Of a stretch of DNA of 29,595 nt, positions 8,696-16,650 are shown piece after piece. Origin of the DNA: a virus (Duplodnaviria > Heunggongvirae > Uroviricota > Caudoviricetes); the IMG/VR virus record IMGVR_UViG_2558860274_000007; one strand, given 5' to 3'. Positions within the stretch are counted from its first letter, which is position 1. Each line of letters opens with the position of its first letter. A model generated the notes under the pieces. The model saw nothing but the letters and a program-made list of their open reading frames with translations. It ran no database searches and was not told the DNA's origin. Position numbers and translations under genes: made by a program.

Positions 8696-10705
8696 TTACA
8701 CCTGCGCAACGTTATACCATGTGCCATTGATGTACTTTTGTATCGGCCTGAAGATGGCTTCATCATCGCCATCTACTTCACCAATGATTCTTAATCCGGT
8801 AATCGTGTGTCCGGCTTTTTCATAACGACCACCTCGCGCCATCAATTGAACAACTCGCGTACCCAGGCGAACATCTTTCACATAGCGGGAATCAAAATTC
8901 CCCCAGTTGCTGGGTTGCATCTGACCATTAACAGCAAATATTACCGAGTTATCTGTATTTCGCTGGCTATAGAAATGCCATCCGGACTCATCGCCTAACT
9001 CTGCAACCACTGGACGGTTGGAAGCACCCCATAAATTAAAGGTAATATTCTTCGTGGATGTGTTAGAGCTGGATAGCGAGAACTTTTTACTATCCCCTAC
9101 CTGAATATTTTTAAAAGCAATAGCCACTCCATTCTGAAAACGGAATACACGCTGACTGTTAGCATAAACATCAAGAATACCGTCTCCATTCTGTTTAAAT
9201 CCGGTATCATTATCACCAAGGACAATAGAGCTACCACCTAGTGCATTCGTCGTACCAACTCCAAGACAGCCATTAATGACGGCATTAACAAGAATATTTA
9301 GTGCATCCCATTTCAGCGTCATCAGGTCTTTTGTTGTGGTACTCTGGCGGCTTCTCCATTTGAAATATTCATTGCCGTTATCCCCCGTTTCAAACCACAT
9401 GTATGAATCAGCGTCACCATCGGCATCATTTTTAAATCCAATCTTCGCCCATTCAGTATTTCGAATCCAGGCAAGGATTGAGTCGTTTTCAAAAGTAATC
9501 CCGCCGGACAAGATATCGCCATTCTTTTGCACCGCGTTCCTGGCCCTGTTTACCGTTTCCAGCAAACCGAGATATTCGATAACGGCGGCAACGGTCGATT
9601 TAGCCAGAATATCCCGCCCGACTTTTGTCAGGGTCGCCAGGCTGGCAACATCATTCCCCGTAAAATACGGAAACCTGTCTGCCGCAGTAGCAAGCCCCGC
9701 CAGCGCCGTCAAAGTGGCATCTTTCGGTTGCTTACTCGCAAGCGCATTAGTCATGGTGGTAGCAAAATTCGGGTCATTGCCCAGCGCCGCCGCCAGCTCG
9801 TTCAGCGTATTCAGTGCGTCAGGCGACGAGTCTACAAGGGCGGCAATCGCGGCCATAACGAAAGCCGTGTTTGCGATCTGAGTATTATTCGTTCCCTGTC
9901 GCGCAGTTGGCGTCGTTGGCGTTCCGGTCAGTGCAGGGCTGTTTAATGGCGCTTTCTTGTTCGTTTCATCCATTACCGTCTTAACGGCTTTTGGTGTTGC
10001 GGCGAGCGTTTCAGACGTGCTGTTAGTCGCACTACTGAGCTGAACAAGGCCTTTTCGCGCGGTGGTGGCGTCCTGTGCGGTATATTTCCCGTTAGCAAGG
10101 TCATATGCGGCCTTAACCGCTTTCGGCGTTGCGGCCAGTGTTTCAGACGTGCTGTTGGTCGCACTGCTTAACTGAGTAAAACCTTTGGCGGTCAGCGAGG
10201 CGTCCGGGTGACGTCGTGACTGTTCATGTTCTGCAATTTTGTCATCAACGTAATCCTGCGTTGCCATCACCGTTGTGGTGTCAATGGTCAGCGCCACTGA
10301 GGCCACACTGCTGACGATGATGACCATGCGGCAGGTCTGCGAACGCCCTGAGCCTTCGGCAAGAGCTGGCTTATAACTTTCAGCCATGTTCGCCACGGCA
10401 ATTAACGTTCCAGCATCATCGTACAGGCCAAGCTCACGCATCCAGAAACCGCCCACCTCCGGCGGAATAACCAGCTCTGCGATAATATAATTACTGTTTC
10501 GTTTGTCCTGGCTGATTTTATTCAGCGCATGTCGCCAGACTTCATGGATAAGCCCGGTCTGTCCGGCATCCGGGACAGGCAATTTACCACCGCCATCCCC
10601 GACGGCCATCGTGGTAATGTTGACCTTCCGCCCTCCCGGTGCGGTTGCTGCTGCCAGCTTTGCTGCACCGGCAGTGGTGATAACGGTTCTGAATTTTGTG
10701 CTCAT
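8696..10705 (-). CDS. H: Tail fiber protein H, 669 aa
   Basis: 669-aa ORF (the P2 gpH length) with a conserved N-terminus MSTKFRTVITTAGAAKLAAATAPGG... and an internal tandem repeat of the motif LSSATNSTSETLAATPKAVK. Confidence 0.93.
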   Translation of the reverse strand: MSTKFRTVITTAGAAKLAAATAPGGRKVNITTMAVGDGGGKLPVPDAGQTGLIHEVWRHALNKISQDKRNSNYIIAELVIPPEVGGFWMRELGLYDDAGTLIAVANMAESYKPALAEGSGRSQTCRMVIIVSSVASVALTIDTTTVMATQDYVDDKIAEHEQSRRHPDASLTAKGFTQLSSATNSTSETLAATPKAVKAAYDLANGKYTAQDATTARKGLVQLSSATNSTSETLAATPKAVKTVMDETNKKAPLNSPALTGTPTTPTARQGTNNTQIANTAFVMAAIAALVDSSPDALNTLNELAAALGNDPNFATTMTNALASKQPKDATLTALAGLATAADRFPYFTGNDVASLATLTKVGRDILAKSTVAAVIEYLGLLETVNRARNAVQKNGDILSGGITFENDSILAWIRNTEWAKIGFKNDADGDADSYMWFETGDNGNEYFKWRSRQSTTTKDLMTLKWDALNILVNAVINGCLGVGTTNALGGSSIVLGDNDTGFKQNGDGILDVYANSQRVFRFQNGVAIAFKNIQVGDSKKFSLSSSNTSTKNITFNLWGASNRPVVAELGDESGWHFYSQRNTDNSVIFAVNGQMQPSNWGNFDSRYVKDVRLGTRVVQLMARGGRYEKAGHTITGLRIIGEVDGDDEAIFRPIQKYINGTWYNVAQV

Positions 10706-10715
10706 TATTCCTCAC

Positions 10716-11246
10716 TTATCCGGGGTAAACCGTAATTACATCGCCGTCGTAAGCCACACCACCGGCGAACAGATAGCCGGGAATGTCCCGGGTAATGTTC
10801 AGGCCAATAAGGTGACGGCTTGCAGGTTTGGCATCAGCAATCAGCCGTTCCATTTCCTGATACATTGCCTCTGTGATGCCGCTTTCCAGTACACCAATAT
10901 CAAGCCGGAAGGTGCCGGGCGGGTCACTGTTTTCCCACCACTCCGTCACGTTAATGAGATAGCCGAGCGGCTCCACCACACGCCGGATTGCGCCTATAGT
11001 GCCTTTATGACAGTGGATGAAATAGGCATCGCGGATAACGGCGCGTTTTGTCGCTTCCGGCCACTTTTCATCCCACCTGTCGACCGAAAACGCCCACGCC
11101 AGCCACGGCAGCAGATTTGCCGGGCAGGTGTCCGGGTTCCACAGCTCACGAATACTGACCGGCGTTTTTTCAATTTCCGCACAGGCTTTTGCGGCAGCAA
11201 TTTCAAGCGGTGATGAGCCGGTCGGCAGCAGGCGCGAATCACTCAT
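10716..11246 (-). CDS. I: Baseplate protein I, 176 aa
   Basis: 176-aa ORF between J and H, the P2 gpI position and size. Confidence 0.9.
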   Translation of the reverse strand: MSDSRLLPTGSSPLEIAAAKACAEIEKTPVSIRELWNPDTCPANLLPWLAWAFSVDRWDEKWPEATKRAVIRDAYFIHCHKGTIGAIRRVVEPLGYLINVTEWWENSDPPGTFRLDIGVLESGITEAMYQEMERLIADAKPASRHLIGLNITRDIPGYLFAGGVAYDGDVITVYPG

Positions 11247-12147
11247 CCGAGCCTCCGGTCACGACGCGGTATTCGGTACAGAAAGACGCCTGCGTACTGT
11301 TGAGCACAATGTCGGCCAGCGGTGCAGCCAGTTCGACACGCTGCACGCCTTCCACATGCAAAGCGGCATAAATGGCAGACAGACGGATGTCGCGCCCCAG
11401 CCGGTGCTGTGCCGTGATGTACGCTTCCAGTTTTTTCACGGCAGCAGCGCGGATGGGTTCGCTTTCGGGACCAGGGTAAAGGTAAAGCGTGGCGTTTATC
11501 TGGTATTCAACGATGGCGGCAGACTGCACGGTCACGCGGTCGGCCACCGGCCTGACGTCCTCGCCATTAAGGGCGTTACGCACCACCGCCAGCAGGTCTT
11601 CGGATGCGACACCGTTATTTTCACGTGACAGCACAGAGATGGTGACGCAGGCCGGAGACGGACTGGTGACAGAGATATCCGCGACACGCCCGTCGGCACT
11701 GCGACCATGATACTGATAGGCTCCCACTGACCCGGCGACGCTTAAACCTTCAAACGCCTGCTGAATACGCAGACGATAATCGGTGTCAGATTCCATCACT
11801 GCCGGTGTCGGCGGGATAGTCGAATCATCTGCCGGGGTGATAGTCAGGCGCGTGGTGTTGTAATTGGCACCAATCACATCAAGGTCATTACCGGCGGCAC
11901 AGGCCAGCATCACCGCCCGTGCGGCCTCATTCACACGCTGACGCCAGATAAGCTCACGATAAGCATTTTCTTCCAGCAGTTTGACGAGAGGCTCAGATTC
12001 CAGTGTCAGGGTACGGGCGACCGCCTCCTGCTGGTCTTCCGGGTAAAGGGAAATCAGTGTCGCCTTGCGTTCGGCGAGAATGGTTTCAAAGTCCAGCTCC
12101 TCGACCACATCCGGTGCGGGTAGCTGGTTCAGGTCGATAATCGGCAT
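11239..12147 (-). CDS. J: Baseplate wedge protein J, 302 aa
   Basis: 302-aa ORF MPIIDLNQLPAPDVVEELDFETILAERKA...; P2 gpJ size and position. Confidence 0.93.
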   Translation of the reverse strand: MPIIDLNQLPAPDVVEELDFETILAERKATLISLYPEDQQEAVARTLTLESEPLVKLLEENAYRELIWRQRVNEAARAVMLACAAGNDLDVIGANYNTTRLTITPADDSTIPPTPAVMESDTDYRLRIQQAFEGLSVAGSVGAYQYHGRSADGRVADISVTSPSPACVTISVLSRENNGVASEDLLAVVRNALNGEDVRPVADRVTVQSAAIVEYQINATLYLYPGPESEPIRAAAVKKLEAYITAQHRLGRDIRLSAIYAALHVEGVQRVELAAPLADIVLNSTQASFCTEYRVVTGGSDE

Positions 12148-12151
12148 GGTT

Positions 12152-12499
12152 TCAACTCACAGGGATGGTTAACGAAAGTGGCTGGCCGGTGTCGTTGTGC
12201 TGACCGGTTAACGTGACCGTCATTCGCCCGTCAAAACTGCGCGCCGTGGTGACGGATGACAGGGTGACGCGGGGTTCCCATTTCAGCACTGCCATGTAAC
12301 AGGCGACCTTAATCTGCAACTCAAGCGCCGGGGTCTGCGGCTGGTCAATCATTGACGCCAGCAACGAGCCGTAATCACGACGCATCACCCGTGAGCCGAC
12401 GGGGGTACGCAGGATATCGCCGATACTCTGGCTGATATGCTCAAGGTCAGTGACAGTCAGGCCATCACTGCGATTCATTCCGAGATAACGCGCAGTCAT
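12152..12499 (-). CDS. W: Baseplate protein W (gp25-like), 115 aa
   Basis: 115-aa ORF between V and J. Confidence 0.9.
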   Translation of the reverse strand: MTARYLGMNRSDGLTVTDLEHISQSIGDILRTPVGSRVMRRDYGSLLASMIDQPQTPALELQIKVACYMAVLKWEPRVTLSSVTTARSFDGRMTVTLTGQHNDTGQPLSLTIPVS

Positions 12500-13131
12500 A
12501 GAGGTCCCCCGGTTGTGCCGCCGCTGTCGCCGGGGTGTTTATGGGTATGCAGTACCTTACCGTTTGATGAGAGCTCACCGCCGGTGTGTTCAATGTTGCC
12601 GCGCATCGTCCCGCCCTTCTGCACTTCCAGCGTGCCGGTAATCAGCCTGTTGGTGCAGACCACCTCCGGTGTGTCCAGGGTGATGCGGGTTGATGCTTTC
12701 ACCATGACCACCGGCACCGTGGCAGTAACAGAATCAGAAGCCGTCACGCTGGCCGTTTTAACTCCGCTTACCGTGAGCGCGCTGGTTTCAGGTTCATACT
12801 CAATCACCGCCCCGTCAGGGAAACGGATATGCAGGGCATCCGCCGACGCAGACGGCGCGGGGTTATCGCCGGAATAAATCCCCGGCAGAACGAACGCCGT
12901 GTCGAGTTCACCACCCACGGCCAGAATCAGCACCTGTTCCCCCACGGAAGGTGCCCACCATGTGCGCGAACGCCCGGCGCGATGGGTCAGCCACTGAAGC
13001 CAGTCGGTGCACATGCCGCCGGTCTGCACACGGCAGCGACCGGCATTAAGGTCGGTTTCGACGATAATGCCGGTGCGGATCATGTTGCGCAGTGCGCGCG
13101 CGAGTTCCTGAATATTTGCGAGAGTGTTCAT
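12496..13131 (-). CDS. V: Baseplate spike/hub protein V, 211 aa
   Basis: Start chosen at the ATG for MNTLANIQELARALRNMIRTG (13131). The track ORF begins six codons earlier at a TTG. Confidence 0.88.
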   Translation of the reverse strand: MNTLANIQELARALRNMIRTGIIVETDLNAGRCRVQTGGMCTDWLQWLTHRAGRSRTWWAPSVGEQVLILAVGGELDTAFVLPGIYSGDNPAPSASADALHIRFPDGAVIEYEPETSALTVSGVKTASVTASDSVTATVPVVMVKASTRITLDTPEVVCTNRLITGTLEVQKGGTMRGNIEHTGGELSSNGKVLHTHKHPGDSGGTTGGPL

Positions 13132-13214
13132 GCGTGTGAGATTGCACAATATATAAAAGTTATGCTATCTGGATTCATTTGTAGAACGACCATACAACAT
13201 TCGAGGAGAGCGTA

Positions 13215-14000
13215 ATGTTCAGTGATAATGTGACTAATGCGTGGTGGTTTATCTCTTTGTATCTATTTTTATTAATAGCATTAACATTTGTTACCTTTGG
13301 TAAAAGTAATCTTATGAGGTTTATTGCACATCATTTCAATCTTGAGTATTCAGACAGAAAGTTAAAAATGCTCGACAAAAAATGGCGCGACATTCAACTA
13401 TTTAAAATAATTAACGGAATCAATGTATCAGGCATCGAAGATGTGAGAATGATACAGCAGGGGCTGATTGATGGAAAACTAAAAACATCGTATTTTTTCC
13501 TTACTCGCTTCTGGGGTGACATAACAAAACCACCACACATAATTAAAACAACAATTGTAATTCTGGCCAGTATTATTTATATTCTCTTCGCATGTTATAT
13601 ACACAATGAACAATCCGCTATAGTAAGGGATGCCATAGGTATACCATATAAAAATATGATGTACTATGTTTATAGTGACAAAGTTCTTTTATCCTTCAAA
13701 AATAAAACGGTTGAATTTAATAAAACTTATAGCCTTGCCGATTGCAAGAGTCTGCAAAACGTATTTATAAAAGACACACTTCCCGAGATCGCCTGCAATA
13801 AGCTCTTACAGCTAAACAAGGAGGACTCCGAATGGTTAAGTCAGGAGATTAAAGATAATAACAGTCACAAAAAAGCATTATTAATACTATCCCTCGTCTA
13901 TTTCACTTCAGGTCTGGTTATATTCCTGTCATATACAAAATTCTTTTACGCCAATAAGAAGGTTTTAGAATACAAAGCATCAAATAAAAATCACTCATAA
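13215..14000 (+). CDS. Hypothetical 261-aa membrane protein with three predicted transmembrane helices, inserted between V and S in the opposite orientation; candidate moron (superinfection exclusion or abortive infection)
   Basis: Very AT-rich ORF with a GAGGAG ribosome-binding site 6 nt before the ATG. Hydrophobic segments AWWFISLYLFLLIALTFVTF, IIKTTIVILASIIYILFACYI and ALLILSLVYFTSGLVIFLSY. A hairpin terminator follows directly. Confidence 0.75.
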   Translation: MFSDNVTNAWWFISLYLFLLIALTFVTFGKSNLMRFIAHHFNLEYSDRKLKMLDKKWRDIQLFKIINGINVSGIEDVRMIQQGLIDGKLKTSYFFLTRFWGDITKPPHIIKTTIVILASIIYILFACYIHNEQSAIVRDAIGIPYKNMMYYVYSDKVLLSFKNKTVEFNKTYSLADCKSLQNVFIKDTLPEIACNKLLQLNKEDSEWLSQEIKDNNSHKKALLILSLVYFTSGLVIFLSYTKFFYANKKVLEYKASNKNHS

Positions 14001-14007
14001 ACCTCTA

Positions 14008-14045
14008 AACATTGAGCGACCAGCATGGCCGCTCAATGTTTAATT
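14008..14045. terminator. Hairpin terminator between the convergent cargo gene and S
   Basis: Perfect 11-bp stem AACATTGAGCG / CGCTCAATGTT with an 11-nt loop, followed by TTTAATT on the plus strand. Confidence 0.6.
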
Positions 14046-14071
14046 GCGCATCAGCCTCTGCCTGGATAAAA

Positions 14072-14524
14072 CTAACGCTCAAGGTGAGCCAGGATAATCT
14101 CTTCAATCATCTGCACATCCTCACCGGTAAAACCGAGCAGAGGACGCGCCGGATAATCAATTTTCTTACCGTCTTTCCGGTTTTCTTCCGACAGGCCGAA
14201 CTGATGCACACTGGCGATTTTCGGTGACTTCCCGCCGTAAAATTCCATTGATGCCTGCTCCGGGCTGGCGCGGATATGCAAAAAACGACTGGTGATAAGT
14301 TTCGCAAACATTTTTCGCTTAACTCGACCGGTCTTTTTTCTGGCGCTCTGCTGTTGGCGTGGTGCGTAGGGTGTGCCGTCCGGGGCTTTCTGTGCCATCA
14401 CCCGACGCTGCTGACTCTGCCGCAGGCGCTTCGCCAGTTCGGCACTCAGTCGCCGACGCCCTGACGGTGACAGCGATTCAGTCAGTCCGGTCAGCCGGTC
14501 TTCAAAACGCTTAAACTCATTCAT
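14072..14524 (-). CDS. S: Tail completion protein S, 150 aa
   Basis: 150-aa ORF MNEFKRFEDRLTGLTESL...; P2 gpS size and position downstream of R. Confidence 0.92.
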   Translation of the reverse strand: MNEFKRFEDRLTGLTESLSPSGRRRLSAELAKRLRQSQQRRVMAQKAPDGTPYAPRQQQSARKKTGRVKRKMFAKLITSRFLHIRASPEQASMEFYGGKSPKIASVHQFGLSEENRKDGKKIDYPARPLLGFTGEDVQMIEEIILAHLER

Positions 14525-14984
14525 CCCACTTGCTCACCAGTTCGCCATTGATATAAAGCTCCATCGGGCGGTTGACCGGCTCCGGCGGCGGGGGTTCCGG
14601 GATATTCTTCACATGCAGTGCGCCGTCCACCTCACTGACCAGCGTGCGCTCGGTCAGCATCAGGCTGATGCTGATATCAAAGCTGCTGTCATTGTTGATG
14701 TCTGCATAAAACGTGAAGCCCTTTTTCTGGCCTTCGTCGGTGGTCATGATGTCGGGCTGATTTTCCCGCAGCCACGCCAGTACCGGCACGATGAGCAGGT
14801 CAAAATCACCGGTAAAGTCGGCCACAATGACATTGAGCGTGTAACGCTTTTCGAATGACAGCGACGTCGCCAGTGTGGAGGCAATACTCCCGTTATCCAC
14901 GAATATCCGCAGCATCTCGGGGCTGGTTTTCAGCACCGTGACGGCATCAGTCAGCGCCCTGCGCAGGCTGTCGGGTTTGAGCAT
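14517..14984 (-). CDS. R: Tail completion protein R, 155 aa
   Basis: 155-aa ORF MLKPDSLRRALTDAVTVLK...; P2 gpR size and position. Confidence 0.92.
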   Translation of the reverse strand: MLKPDSLRRALTDAVTVLKTSPEMLRIFVDNGSIASTLATSLSFEKRYTLNVIVADFTGDFDLLIVPVLAWLRENQPDIMTTDEGQKKGFTFYADINNDSSFDISISLMLTERTLVSEVDGALHVKNIPEPPPPEPVNRPMELYINGELVSKWDE

Positions 14985-15237
14985 CGTTTTCGTCCTGACA
15001 GTGTTTAATCATTTTTACCTGGCTGGCACAGCGTGCCAGCGCGTTCTCAAGCAGCCGGATATCGGCACTTAAATCGCCGTTCTTCTGCGGTTCACTGCCC
15101 GGCATCGGGCAAAGACTCACTTTCGGGCAGGCGTTGTGGACAATCACTGGCGTCTGCGCAGGCCGGGCGCTGGTGCAACCGGCGCACAGCATCAGGCAGG
15201 TCAGCACCGTACCAGCGGCGAAAATCTTCGTTTTCAT
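14947..15237 (-). CDS. lysC: LysC, Rz1-like outer-membrane spanin lipoprotein (96 aa), embedded in the lysB 3' end and overlapping the R start
   Basis: MKTKIFAAGTVLTCLMLCAGC carries a lipobox (LCAGC). Reading frame is nested in lysB in another frame, as in P2. Confidence 0.75.
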   Translation of the reverse strand: MKTKIFAAGTVLTCLMLCAGCTSARPAQTPVIVHNACPKVSLCPMPGSEPQKNGDLSADIRLLENALARCASQVKMIKHCQDENDAQTRQPAQGAD

Positions 15238-15517
15238 TGAGTAACCTCGTGATGGTTTTCTCGCGCTGTGCTTCACGCTTCGCGGCGTTCTCCAGTTCCT
15301 GACGCAGTGCCACCTGCGCCAGCTCGTTTTTGTCTGCCCTGGTGATGGCAACATGAAGCTGATTTTTCAGCATGGTGATGGTCGTCTGCTGTTCACTGGC
15401 GACGTTATTCGCCCTGTCCAGCGAGGCGCGCAGGCTGGCATTTTTGTGTTTCACCAGAAACAGACCGGCCACCGCCAGCGATAACAACACGACCAGCACA
15501 ATCATCAGCTTTGACAT
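15092..15517 (-). CDS. lysB: LysB, Rz-like inner-membrane spanin, 141 aa
   Basis: N-terminal transmembrane segment MSKLMIVLVVLLSLAVAGLFLV followed by a coiled-coil region; P2 LysB size. Confidence 0.88.
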   Translation of the reverse strand: MSKLMIVLVVLLSLAVAGLFLVKHKNASLRASLDRANNVASEQQTTITMLKNQLHVAITRADKNELAQVALRQELENAAKREAQREKTITRLLNENEDFRRWYGADLPDAVRRLHQRPACADASDCPQRLPESESLPDAGQ

Positions 15518-15645
15518 AGTTCCCGCCCCTCAAGACGCTGACGACAGGCTTTACGTATCAGCCGGAAAAACAGCGACGCCACAAGATAAATCAGCGCGGT
15601 AAAAATCCACCCGGCAGCGACCAGCGAGATAAACGTCGCCACCAT
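15505..15645 (-). pseudogene. Possible 3' remnant of lysA (46-codon hydrophobic ORF) left by the O-to-lysA deletion
   Basis: Short ORF MVATFISLVAAGWIFTALIYLVASLFFRLIRKACRQRLEGRELCQS whose stop overlaps the lysB start, which is where the lysA 3' end lies in P2. Its start coincides with the point where O diverges from P2. Confidence 0.3.
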
Positions 15646-16477
15646 CACCACCACCGCCGGTGGCCTTGCTGCGGCGCTGCTGGGTCAGACTTTCGGTGTG
15701 GTCGAGACTGTTTTTCAGGCGGGTGAATGCCTGGCTGGTTTCATCCGCCCTGTCAGTCACCTCCTGCTTAAGTGCGGAAAAGGCGTTTTCCATCTCAGCG
15801 AGGCGCTGCTCAGTGGCGCTCAGTTTTTCCTGCACATGTTCAGCAACAGCGGTCACCGCTTCATGCACGTCATTCAGACGGGCGTCATCGCTGGCCTGTT
15901 TGCGGCCAAAAATGGATTTCACCTTTTCGGTCAGGGCGGTGAACACGGTTTCAGGCAGGTCTTCAAATTCCAGCTCAACGGGCGTTGCCACTGAAATCAG
16001 GTTTTCAGGGCTTAATTTGAAGCGGTTCAGGGGGTTGTGTTTTGCCGTGCGGCAGAATTCCAGATATTCCGTGCCGAGGCTTGCCGGGTCATCGGTGACG
16101 GCCAGCCCCACCAGATAACATTTGCCGGTGTTGGCAAAGTTCGGCTGAATCTCCATTGAGGTGTAGACCTTCTGCGCGGCCTTGTTCATCGCGATAAGGT
16201 CATCGGTCGGGGTGATTTTCGCAAACAGCGCCCATTTGCCTTTCAGCGCCGAATCATCGTCAATCTTTTCGGCCTTCAGTTCAGCCACATCACCATAACG
16301 TTTAAAAATACCGTCAGGCAGGATGCCGCGCAGATGTTCCAGGTTAATGCGGCAACCATAGACTCGCGGGTCAAAGGTTTCGGCCATTTCCTGAATATCC
16401 TGCGCGCTGATGACACGCCCGTCACAGGTGTCACCCTCAACGCCGATACGAAAGAATTTTGAGACTTTTTTTGCCAT
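15551..16477 (-). CDS. O: Capsid scaffold protein O with an altered C-terminus (about 278 native residues plus a 30-residue unrelated tail)
   Basis: MAKKVSKFFRIGVEGDTCDGRVISAQDIQEMAETFDPRVYG... is P2 gpO-like up to ...RRSKATGGGGD, then GGDVYLAGRCRVDFYRADLSCGVAVFPADT read across the deletion junction. Start at the ATG for MAKK (16477). Confidence 0.85.
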   Translation of the reverse strand: MAKKVSKFFRIGVEGDTCDGRVISAQDIQEMAETFDPRVYGCRINLEHLRGILPDGIFKRYGDVAELKAEKIDDDSALKGKWALFAKITPTDDLIAMNKAAQKVYTSMEIQPNFANTGKCYLVGLAVTDDPASLGTEYLEFCRTAKHNPLNRFKLSPENLISVATPVELEFEDLPETVFTALTEKVKSIFGRKQASDDARLNDVHEAVTAVAEHVQEKLSATEQRLAEMENAFSALKQEVTDRADETSQAFTRLKNSLDHTESLTQQRRSKATGGGGDGGDVYLAGRCRVDFYRADLSCGVAVFPADT

Positions 16478-16650
16478 TGTCAGGAGTCCTGAATAGTGAT
16501 TAGAGGAGTCACATGTCGGCATCAGTTTCCCGACGATGCGCATCCTCCGCCATCAGTCCCGGATGGCTTATCACTGACACAACAGCACCTTAGCGAATCG
16601 CGGGGCGCGACTCAGTAGCCTTGCCGTGTATTCATCACGGCGAGGTATTC
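16478..16650. promoter_or_regulatory. Divergent late-promoter region between O and P (expected Ogr-dependent promoters)
   Basis: By position only, from P2 organisation. I could not find a clean TGT-N12-ACA activator site by eye. Confidence 0.35.

Noticed and set aside
14012-14227. 71-aa plus-strand ORF immediately after the membrane-protein gene
   Set aside because: It begins inside the terminator hairpin and is antisense to S.
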